NCBI GenBank assembly: GCA_023512725.1
Contig: JAILZB010000003.1
Location: forward strand, 1 to 58,006
Source of the DNA: Chloroflexota bacterium
GTDB taxonomy: Bacteria; Chloroflexota; Dehalococcoidia; SpSt-223
Direction: 5' to 3'
Length of the DNA: 58,006 nucleotides
The first letter of the stretch is position 1. Each line of letters starts with the position of its first letter. Both the position numbers and the translations under genes were made by a program. The notes below the pieces were generated by a model that saw only the letters and a program-made list of their open reading frames with translations, was not told the DNA's origin and did not search any database. This document shows, piece after piece, positions 50,132 to 58,006 of this stretch.

Positions 50132-51133
50132 GTGAGAGCGATTGTGATCGACCAGTACGGCGAGCCCGAGGTGATGCGCTGGGGAGAGGTGCCAACGCCC
50201 GAACCGGCGCCAGGCGAGATCCTGGTGCGGGTCCAGGCAGCAGGTGTCAACCAGGCCGACCTCACCGCGCGGGCCGGCCGCTATCCGGAACGTCTCCCCG
50301 TGCCGGGCATCTACTTCTATCCCCTTCGCACGCTGCCGGCGGTCGTTGGCATCGAGGCGGCCGGGGTGGTGGCAGCGCTCGGGCCTGGCGCGCGCGGCTG
50401 GCAAGTCGGCGACCGGGTCTGTGGTTTCACCGGCTCGGGGGCCTATGCCGAATACGCCACCATGCTCGACTGGGTGGCGCTGCCCATTCCGGAGGGGATG
50501 AGCTTCGTCGAAGGGGCGGCAATTCCCGTCGCTTTTCTGACCGCCTGGTTGGCGCTCTGTGAACTGATGAACGTGCGCCGCGGCGAGACCCTGCTCGTCC
50601 ACGCGGTCGGGGCAGGGGTGGGGCAGGCGATGGTCCAGTTGGGAGTGCTGCTGGGCGCCCGCGTGATCGGCACAGAAGCGGTGGATGAGAAGCTGGAGCG
50701 GGCAGCCGCGCTGGGGCTGGCGGCTGGCTGTAATGCCCGCCAGCAGGACTTCGTGGCCTGGGCGCTGGAGCAGACGGGCGGGCGCGGTGTCGATGCCCTT
50801 GTTGATACCCTCGGGGGACCCGTGTTCGCCGCGAGCCTGCGCGCGCTCGCCCTCAACGGGCGGCTCGTTCCCCTCTCGACCTCGCTCGGGGGGACGCCCG
50901 AGATCGAGCTGGGGCAGATCATTGGCAAACATCTGAAGGTGTTCGGGATGTCGGCAGCGGCCATGCTGAGCCCGGACCGGATTGCTCGCTTTCGGCGGGA
51001 AGTGCTCTCCGCGCTGCCGACCCTGCTGCGCCCGGTCGTCGACCGGGTGTTCCCGATCGAGCAAGCGGCCGCGGCCCACCGCTACCTGGCGGGTGCCACC
51101 CACTTCGGGAAAGTCGTGCTTGCGCTCCCATGA
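50132..51133 (+). CDS. NADPH:quinone oxidoreductase (MDR family)
   Basis: Motifs G.PEV, AAGVN.AD, G.EAAG, GAYAEY, GRGVD and HFGKVVL. Confidence 0.9.
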   Translation: MRAIVIDQYGEPEVMRWGEVPTPEPAPGEILVRVQAAGVNQADLTARAGRYPERLPVPGIYFYPLRTLPAVVGIEAAGVVAALGPGARGWQVGDRVCGFTGSGAYAEYATMLDWVALPIPEGMSFVEGAAIPVAFLTAWLALCELMNVRRGETLLVHAVGAGVGQAMVQLGVLLGARVIGTEAVDEKLERAAALGLAAGCNARQQDFVAWALEQTGGRGVDALVDTLGGPVFAASLRALALNGRLVPLSTSLGGTPEIELGQIIGKHLKVFGMSAAAMLSPDRIARFRREVLSALPTLLRPVVDRVFPIEQAAAAHRYLAGATHFGKVVLALP

Positions 51134-52608
51134 GCCGGATCCGTCTGCGCTGCGGTGAGCTGATCGCCTTCGATGGCCAGCGGCACCGCCTCCTCCGCAA
51201 CGTCGACCTGGTCCTGCGTGACGACCGGGTCGAAGCGATCGGTGGCCACGTGCGGGGGCCCTTCGACCGCGAGATCGATGCCAGTCGCCAGCTGGTCGCC
51301 CCGGGCTTTGTCAACCTGCACGTGCATTCTGGCTCCACTGTCCCCACGCGGCTCGTGACCGAACGGCGCTATCCGGCCCTCTTCAACGCAAGCTATCTCG
51401 CCTTTAGCCCCCGGCGGGGCGCGCGGCCGATCGGGAGCTGGGAACGCGCGGACGCCGGCGGGCTGGCCACCGCGATCGAGCTGCTCAAGGCCGGCTGCAC
51501 GACGGTCGTCGACCTTGGACAGGGCATCGACCCGGCGGCAATGGTTGCGATCTATGGTCAGCTTGGCCTCCGCGCGTACCTCGCCCCCGGGTTTCGCTCG
51601 GGCGCCCATGTCTTCGTCGCGGGACGGCTGGTGATCGATTGGCTACCCGACGAGGGGCGAGCAGCTCTGCAGCAGGCAGTCGCCTTTCTCGAGCGCTATG
51701 CTGGGAGTTACGGGGGCAGGATCCAGGGAATGCTGTTCCCCTACCAGGGCGATACCTGTAGTGACCAGCTACTGCGCGAGACGAAGACAGCCGCACGGGC
51801 GCTTGGTGTTCGCATCCAGATGCACGCCGCCCAGAGCCTCTTCGAACTGCACGAGATGGTACGGCGGACGGGGCGGACGACCATCCAGCACTTTGCGGCC
51901 CTTGGCTTCCTCGGGCCGGAGGTCATCCTGGCGCACTGCCCGTTCATCACCGGCCATCCTGCGACCGGTCTGCCGGGTGACGAAGACCTCCGCCTCCTTG
52001 CCGCGCACGGTGTGACCGTCTGCCACAACCCGACCACCCTGCTCCGGCGCGGCCATCTCCTCTGCTCGTTCGACCGCTACCGGGCAGCGGGGGTCAACCT
52101 GGCGCTCGGGACCGACCACTTCCCGCGGGACATGTTTCAGGAGATGCGACTGGCCTCGATCATGGGGAAGGTGGCAGAGGGGGACCCTGGCGCAGCCGAT
52201 TCGCTCGCGGTCTACCACGCGGCCACCATCGGCGGGGCGGATGCACTCGGTCGGCCTGACCTCGGTCGGGTGTTTCCCGGCGCCAAAGCCGACCTGATCG
52301 TGGTTGACCTCAACCGGCTGGGGGCGTTGCCCCGCCGTGACCCCGTCCAGGACCTCGTCCTCTGTGGCCAGCCGAGCGACATCCAACTCGTGATCATCGA
52401 TGGACGGGTCGTCTGCGAGCGGGGCCAGGTACCGGGGATCGATGAGGAGCAAGTGGCAGCGGCCCTCCAGACAAACGCCGAGGAGATCTACGCCAGCGTC
52501 CCGGAATGGCACGCGACTGGGGCCACGGTCGAGGAGATGGCGCCCCGCTTCCTCGAGCCGATGAGCGAATACCACTACACCCCGCCAGCGGGGTCGCAGC
52601 CACATTAG
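51130..52608 (+). CDS. Amidohydrolase of the chlorohydrolase/deaminase (TrzA/AtzA/SsnA) group
   Basis: Motifs PGFVNLHVH, QMHAAQ, LAHC, LGTD, AT.GGA.ALGR and G.KAD. Confidence 0.88.
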   Translation: MSRIRLRCGELIAFDGQRHRLLRNVDLVLRDDRVEAIGGHVRGPFDREIDASRQLVAPGFVNLHVHSGSTVPTRLVTERRYPALFNASYLAFSPRRGARPIGSWERADAGGLATAIELLKAGCTTVVDLGQGIDPAAMVAIYGQLGLRAYLAPGFRSGAHVFVAGRLVIDWLPDEGRAALQQAVAFLERYAGSYGGRIQGMLFPYQGDTCSDQLLRETKTAARALGVRIQMHAAQSLFELHEMVRRTGRTTIQHFAALGFLGPEVILAHCPFITGHPATGLPGDEDLRLLAAHGVTVCHNPTTLLRRGHLLCSFDRYRAAGVNLALGTDHFPRDMFQEMRLASIMGKVAEGDPGAADSLAVYHAATIGGADALGRPDLGRVFPGAKADLIVVDLNRLGALPRRDPVQDLVLCGQPSDIQLVIIDGRVVCERGQVPGIDEEQVAAALQTNAEEIYASVPEWHATGATVEEMAPRFLEPMSEYHYTPPAGSQPH

Positions 52609-54458
52609 GGCTGCGCTGCCGGCCGAACCCCCACCAGGGCGCGCACTGCTGCCACGATGTGGTCGGCATCGATGCCCGCTGCCGCCCGGAGCTGAGCGGG
52701 CGTTCCCGAACCGGGCAGCTCACGGACGGCCAGACGCGTCACCCGGGGTAAGGCCACTCCCGCATCGGCCAGGCAATCGAGGACGGCGCTCCCCAGCCCC
52801 CCCTCCGGATGGTGGTCTTCCGCCACCACCAGGCCTGCCGTCTCCCGGGCCGCAGCGAGCAGCACCTGCCGATCCAGCGGCTTGACCGAATAGGCATCGA
52901 TCACGCGGATGGGCAGCCCCTCGGCCCGTAACGCCTCGTAGGCACGCAAGGCCTCGAAGACAGTCACCCCCGCTGCCACGACGGTCGCGCGGTCGCGCTC
53001 GCTCTGGCGCAGCACCTTCGCTCCGCCAATCGGGAACGCTTCGTCGGGCGGGTAGAGGGGCGGGGTTTTCTCGCGCGTCGTCCGCAGGTAGACGATCCCA
53101 CGGTGGGTGGCTGCCTCGCGGACAAGAGCAGCAGTCTGGTTGCCATCGCAGGGATAGAGCACGGTACTGCCTGCCACGGCCCGCATCATGGCGAGGTCCT
53201 CCAGCGCCATCTGAGAGGGACCATCCTCCCCGATCGAGACCCCCGCATGGGAGCCGCAGAGTATCAGGGTGGCGCGTGAGATCGCCGCCATCCGGATGAA
53301 GTCGAAGGCGCGGGTCACGAAGGCCCCGAATGTCGCCGCGAACGGCTTCCAGCCACGACTTTGCAGGCCGACGGCCGCGGCTACCATCAGTTGCTCGCGG
53401 ATATAGAGCTGGAAGAAACGCTCAGGCGCCGTCCGCTCGACCAGCTCGCTGTAGGTAGAATTCCCCACCTCGGCATCGAGCACAACGAGGGTGGGGTCCT
53501 GGGTAACGAGGGCCGCCAGGGTGCGACCGTAGGCCTCGCGGGTGGCGATTGGCTCGTGAAAGGTCGGCAGCGGCTGAGGTGGCGGAGCCGGCAGCGGGTG
53601 GCCCGGTTGCGGATTGGGCAACGGGGGAGTGAATTGGACGGGCGGGCGGAGGCCGCCCAGTTCCTGGTAGGCGCGCGCCGCTTCCTCGGGTGTCAGCGCA
53701 CGACCATGCCAGCCGTTGCGGTCTTCGAGGAACGAGACCCCTTTGCCTTTGAGTGTCCGCGCCACGATTACGGTCGGGCCATCGCCAGCGATTGCGGCCT
53801 CGTAGGCCGCTGCGATCGCCGGATAGTCGTGGCCATCGATTACGAGTGGTCGCCAGCCGAAGGCGCGGGCCCGCTCGGCGTAGGCCGCAAGGTTCCATCC
53901 CAGCGCCGTCTCGCCCGTCTGGCCGAGCCGGTTGACATCGATGATCGCGATGAGGTTGCGCAGCTTCAGGCCAGCTGCGGCATCGAACGCTTCCCAGACT
54001 GATCCTTCGGCCATCTCGCTATCGCCCAGTAGCACCCAGACCCGGATGGCCCGGCCCTCGAGGTACTGCGCTGCCAGGGCCATCCCAACCCCTGCCCCGA
54101 TCCCCTGGCCGAGCGAGCCAGTGGCGACCTTCACCCAGGGGAGAACAGGCGCCGGGTGCCCCTGCAGCCGGCTCCCGAGCTTGCGGTAGGTCAGGAACTC
54201 TTCCTCCGAGACTACGCCCACGGCGCGAAACATGCTGTAGAGCAGGGGAGAGGCATGGCCCTTGGAGAAGATCAACTGGTCGTTGTCGACGCGCTCCGGG
54301 TGCTGCCAATCGTAGCGGAGGTAGCTTGCCAGCAGCACGGCCATCAGGTCAGCGGCGGAGAGTGAGGAGGTCGGATGGCCAGACCCCGCCGCGGTCGAAC
54401 AGCGGATGCTATCGACCCGCAGCTGCCGCGCGAGGTCCTGCCATAACTGGGAGTTCAT
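52605..54458 (-). CDS. tkt: Transketolase, single chain (about 617 aa)
   Basis: Motifs SGHPTSS, SKGHASP, TGSLGQG, ThDP motif GDSEMAEG..N, and GEDGPSQM. Confidence 0.95.
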   Translation of the reverse strand: MNSQLWQDLARQLRVDSIRCSTAAGSGHPTSSLSAADLMAVLLASYLRYDWQHPERVDNDQLIFSKGHASPLLYSMFRAVGVVSEEEFLTYRKLGSRLQGHPAPVLPWVKVATGSLGQGIGAGVGMALAAQYLEGRAIRVWVLLGDSEMAEGSVWEAFDAAAGLKLRNLIAIIDVNRLGQTGETALGWNLAAYAERARAFGWRPLVIDGHDYPAIAAAYEAAIAGDGPTVIVARTLKGKGVSFLEDRNGWHGRALTPEEAARAYQELGGLRPPVQFTPPLPNPQPGHPLPAPPPQPLPTFHEPIATREAYGRTLAALVTQDPTLVVLDAEVGNSTYSELVERTAPERFFQLYIREQLMVAAAVGLQSRGWKPFAATFGAFVTRAFDFIRMAAISRATLILCGSHAGVSIGEDGPSQMALEDLAMMRAVAGSTVLYPCDGNQTAALVREAATHRGIVYLRTTREKTPPLYPPDEAFPIGGAKVLRQSERDRATVVAAGVTVFEALRAYEALRAEGLPIRVIDAYSVKPLDRQVLLAAARETAGLVVAEDHHPEGGLGSAVLDCLADAGVALPRVTRLAVRELPGSGTPAQLRAAAGIDADHIVAAVRALVGVRPAAQP

Positions 54459-54542
54459 TCGCGGCGTTCCTAGGCTATCGAAATGGGAGCGCCGAAGCGC
54501 CAGGGGCATTATGCCAGGGAAGCCCCGACCGCTGCTGCCCGC

Positions 54543-55001
54543 TCAGCGACGGAGCGCTTCCGGCGGGTCGACGATGGCGAAGCTGAGCTCGCCGGAGGCC
54601 ACCAGCTTCTCGGCGACCGTCGCCACGGCCTGGGCGGTGCCGAAGCGCCCGCGGGTGCGGAGGACGCGCGTTTCCAACCGCAGCCGGTCGCCCGGTCGGG
54701 CAGGGTGGCGGAACTTCCAGCCATCGAGCCCGGTCAAGAGGGCGAGCTTCCCCCGGTTCTCCGGCAGGCCGAGCGCAGCGACCGCCCCCACCTCGGCCAG
54801 CGCCTCGACGATGATCGCGCCCGGGAGGACGGGAAAGGCCGGAAAGTGGCCACGCAGGACGTGCTCGTAGTACTGGCCAACGTCATCGATCTCGCCGATG
54901 GCATACTGGCCGAACTCGCACTCGAGGATGCGGTCGAGGAAGAGAAACGGCTCGCGGTGGGGCAGTAGTGCTTCGATCTCAGCCCGGGTCAAGCTTGGCA
55001 T
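54543..55001 (-). CDS. fabZ: 3-hydroxyacyl-ACP dehydratase
   Basis: Motifs LPHREPFLFLD, GHFP..PVLPG.IIVEALA and F..P..PGD.L. Confidence 0.92.
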   Translation of the reverse strand: MPSLTRAEIEALLPHREPFLFLDRILECEFGQYAIGEIDDVGQYYEHVLRGHFPAFPVLPGAIIVEALAEVGAVAALGLPENRGKLALLTGLDGWKFRHPARPGDRLRLETRVLRTRGRFGTAQAVATVAEKLVASGELSFAIVDPPEALRR

Positions 55002-55004
55002 GGC

Positions 55005-55853
55005 TTACTTCAGCTGAGCGATGAAGTCGAGGATGGCCGCGATAGCTTCCGCTGCTTTCCCTGTGTAGAAGTGATCTGCTCCTTCGATGGTGGCAATGGC
55101 CGAGGGCTGTGCCTGGATGGCCGCTGCCTGGAACGCCTCGAGGAGCCCATCCGGGATGAGTTCGCGCTCGGCACTGCCGCGCAGGAAGATGGTGGGGACG
55201 GTAATCCCCCCGGCGAGCGCGAGGGTATCGTAGCGGTCGTCGGCGTTGCGGTCGAGAAAGGCCCGTGGCGTGAAGTAGCTACGGCCCTGGAGACTTTCAA
55301 AGAGCAGCAGCTCCTCTGCCCGGCCAGCGGCACTGAGCTCTTGCGCGCGTTGCACTTCGCGCGCGAGCGTCTCCCGCTGGGGGGAGGCTTCCCAGCGCGA
55401 GCGACCGATCCGCGGACCCGAGACCTGGGCGAAGGCGACCACGCGCGGGTCGCCGCCCTGGGCCAGGAAGTAGCTCCCCTTGATCGCCCCCATGCTATGG
55501 CCGAGGAGCCCCACATGGCGAAAGCCGCGTCGTTCGAGTTCGGCGAGGGCGGCGCGGATATCCCAGCTGGCCTCGTGGATTACCTCAGCCGCCGAACCGT
55601 ACAGCTTCCCATTCGGCCGGTTGACCCAGGCGAGGTCATGGCCACGGGTCGAAAGGGTCAGCACCGGGTAGCCGGCGTCGGCGAAGGCGCTCGCGAACGG
55701 CCCCTGAACCTGGCTGTAGAAGGAACCGCCAATCCCTGGCAAGAGCAGCCAGGCTGCCACTGCTCCGCCAGGCCAGGGCGCCCGCGGTTCCCAGAACCCG
55801 CCAAAAATCTGGACTCCATCCTCGGTAACAAGCGGCACCACTTCGAGCTTCAT
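55005..55853 (-). CDS. Alpha/beta hydrolase (DUF1749-like)
   Basis: Motifs T.DGV...G, G.GG.FY, RGHD, GHSMG and GADHFY; SD GGAGG before ATG 55853. Confidence 0.85.
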   Translation of the reverse strand: MKLEVVPLVTEDGVQIFGGFWEPRAPWPGGAVAAWLLLPGIGGSFYSQVQGPFASAFADAGYPVLTLSTRGHDLAWVNRPNGKLYGSAAEVIHEASWDIRAALAELERRGFRHVGLLGHSMGAIKGSYFLAQGGDPRVVAFAQVSGPRIGRSRWEASPQRETLAREVQRAQELSAAGRAEELLLFESLQGRSYFTPRAFLDRNADDRYDTLALAGGITVPTIFLRGSAERELIPDGLLEAFQAAAIQAQPSAIATIEGADHFYTGKAAEAIAAILDFIAQLK

Positions 55854-55980
55854 CCGCTCACTCCTCCCCTCGGCTGGGCGTGGGCGCGGCCAGGCTGCCC
55901 CAAAGGCAGGGCTAGGCCCTCGCCCACGGTGGCGCCAGTATAACGGGAGGCGACGCCTGGCAATGGTAGACTGGGCTGCG

Positions 55981-58006
55981 ATGTCACCACGGACCGCCCC
56001 TCCCTTGCTTGCCGGCCTGCAGGTGCTGGCGACGGCCGACCGATCGGCGCTGGTCGCGGCGCGGCTGCTTGCCGACCTTGGTGCCAAAGTCACCATCCTC
56101 GAGCCCCTAGGGGGAAGCCCACTGCGTACCGTGCCACCGTTGGTAGGAGGTACCGGGGTGGGCTGGTGGGAACTCACACGGGGAGCAACGGTGGTGGCAG
56201 GCGGTGACGCAGAGCTCGCCGAGCTTGCCCAGGCAGCCGACGTGCTGTTCGATGGTCGCAGCCCTCCCCGCCCTGCCCTGTCTTCCCACCCCGGCCTCAT
56301 CAGCGTCCAGCTGACACCCTTCGGGCAAAGCGGGCCGCGGGCCCACTGGAAAGGGGGAGAGCTGATCGTCGCCGCGGCCAGTGGCTTGCTCTCGTTGGTG
56401 GGCGACCCCGACCGAGCGCCCGTGCGGATCGGTGGTGACCCGCTGGGTGCGCTCACGGGCGCCTGCGCGGCGACTGCTGCCTGCCTCGCCCTCCTCGACC
56501 CCGCACGAGCCTGCCGGCAGATCGAGGTATCAGCGCAGGCCGCGGCCGCCTGGGCCACCCACCCGACGCGCCAGCTCTGGCTGCTTGCCGGCCAGCTCAC
56601 CCGACGCTCGGGGCCCTGGCGGCCTTTCGGACAAGCTCGGCGCCGCCTGATCTTCCCCTGTGCCGATGGCTACATTGCGCTCCACGGCGTGCTCGGCCGC
56701 GAATGGCCAGCCTTCCTCGCCTGGCTCGCCGAGGAAGGGCAGGCCGCACCGTTCGCAGACCCGCGCTACGCCGCCGCTGCGGCCAGTGCCAGTCTCACCC
56801 CCGGCGGAATTGATCAGGAGCTAGTCGATGAGGTCGATGGGAAGATCGCGCTGTTCTTCCAGCGCTACCCCAAGCGGCTGCTCGCCGCCGAAGGGCAGCG
56901 CCGGCGCATCATCATTTTTCCGGTCAACACGCCATCCGACCTGCTGGCCGACCGACAGTTGCAGGCCCGGGGCTTCTTCCAGCCGGTCGCAGCGCCGGAT
57001 GGCCAACCGCTGCAGGTCCCTGGGGTGCCCGCTCGGATTGAACTGGGCCCGACGGCAGCGCCACCACCGCCGCGCCCGCCTACCCGGGGCCAGCCCCTCG
57101 CGGGGGTGCGGGTGCTCGATTTCTCCTGGGTGGGCGCTGGCCCACTGCTTACGCTCCAGCTGGCGGTCTACGGCGCCGAGGTCATTCGTATCGAGTCCAC
57201 GCTGCGGCCGGATGTCTTGCGGCTGAACCCACCCTACGCCCGCGGCGAGCCCGACCTGGAAGCAAGCGGCTACTTCGCTCCTCTCAATGCCAGCAAGCGG
57301 AGCGTCCGGCTCAACTTGAGCATCCCCGCAGGGCAAGCGCTGGCACGTCGACTCGTCCAGCGTTGTGACGTGGTAGTGGAGAGCTTTACTCCCCAGGTGA
57401 TGGAGCGCTGGGGGCTGGACTACCCCTCGCTCGCGCGGGAGGCGCCGGGGATCATCATGCTGAGCTTCTCCTTGCACGGCGCCACCGGTCCGGACCGCGC
57501 TGTGCTCGGCTTCGGAACCGTCCTCTCGGCGGAGGCTGGCTTCGCTGCCCTTACCGGTTGGCCGGACCGCGACCCGGTTGTGCCCGGGGTTCCCTTCACC
57601 GACTGGCTCGCACCCTATGCGGTGCTGCCGGCGCTCCTGGCTGCGCTCGCCCAGCGGCAGCGTACCGGCCAAGGCTGCTACTTGGACTGCTCGCAGCTCG
57701 AAGCGACGCTGGCGCTCTTGCGCGAGCCGCTCCTAGCTGCCCAGCTCGGGCTGCCCGCCGAGCGACTGGGCAACCGCCTGGCTATCGCCGGGAGAGACCT
57801 CGTCGTCCCCCATAACGTCTACCGCTGCCAGGGGGAGGAGAGTTGGGTTGCGATCGCGTGCTACGCAGAAGCGGAGTGGCAGCGGCTGGCGAGCATAGTT
57901 GGTGACCCGCCGGTCGCCGCGCAGGCGCCGCTGCCCGTGCGCCAGGCACAGCGGGAGGCGATCGATGCCTGGCTCGCCACCTGGTGCGGTGGGCGCACGG
58001 CGGAGG
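55981..58006 (+). CDS. Class III CoA-transferase (CaiB/BaiF), two fused domains, truncated by the window end
   Basis: Open frame from ATG 55981. First domain: ARLLADLGA.V..LEP..G.PLR. Second domain: PLAGVRVLDFSWVGAGP...YGAEVIRIES...N..KRS..LNL...DVVVE.F.P.VMERWGL...PFTD. Confidence 0.9.
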   Translation, partial: MSPRTAPPLLAGLQVLATADRSALVAARLLADLGAKVTILEPLGGSPLRTVPPLVGGTGVGWWELTRGATVVAGGDAELAELAQAADVLFDGRSPPRPALSSHPGLISVQLTPFGQSGPRAHWKGGELIVAAASGLLSLVGDPDRAPVRIGGDPLGALTGACAATAACLALLDPARACRQIEVSAQAAAAWATHPTRQLWLLAGQLTRRSGPWRPFGQARRRLIFPCADGYIALHGVLGREWPAFLAWLAEEGQAAPFADPRYAAAAASASLTPGGIDQELVDEVDGKIALFFQRYPKRLLAAEGQRRRIIIFPVNTPSDLLADRQLQARGFFQPVAAPDGQPLQVPGVPARIELGPTAAPPPPRPPTRGQPLAGVRVLDFSWVGAGPLLTLQLAVYGAEVIRIESTLRPDVLRLNPPYARGEPDLEASGYFAPLNASKRSVRLNLSIPAGQALARRLVQRCDVVVESFTPQVMERWGLDYPSLAREAPGIIMLSFSLHGATGPDRAVLGFGTVLSAEAGFAALTGWPDRDPVVPGVPFTDWLAPYAVLPALLAALAQRQRTGQGCYLDCSQLEATLALLREPLLAAQLGLPAERLGNRLAIAGRDLVVPHNVYRCQGEESWVAIACYAEAEWQRLASIVGDPPVAAQAPLPVRQAQREAIDAWLATWCGGRTAE

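Overview
A high-GC, densely packed bacterial chromosome segment. Chloroflexota is likely, inferred from the gene content and the type of surface proteins. It is mostly housekeeping and metabolic: aroE/aroC, two tRNA-Ser, mnmA, a PyrR-attenuated pyrR-pyrB-pyrC-carA-carB operon, a hybrid PAS histidine kinase, dinG, a ferredoxin, a TPR lytic transglycosylase, transketolase, fabZ and a CoA-transferase cut by the window end. No CRISPR array, integrase, transposase, prophage or rRNA is visible. The most notable observations: (1) a membrane protein fusing a degenerate Ser/Thr kinase to a VanY/LdcB-type peptidase that has also lost catalytic residues, a possible catalytically dead cell-wall sensor; (2) a RibD-C / dehydrogenase / Cys-less QueD-like / GT4 / methyltransferase operon of unknown product, back-to-back with a surface-glycosylation operon, whose methyltransferase appears to start at an ATA codon; (3) an orphan Cys-rich gene behind tandem DnaA boxes, an 11-bp direct repeat and a structured leader; (4) an MmgE/PrpD enzyme with an EutQ-N-like domain, coupled to a family-5 binding protein lacking a signal peptide; (5) an alpha/beta hydrolase with a rewired active site; (6) G11 and C9 tracts in surface genes; (7) an in-frame aroC::sucA junction at the left edge that is probably an assembly chimera. 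All calls come from reading motifs by eye; no database search was run.
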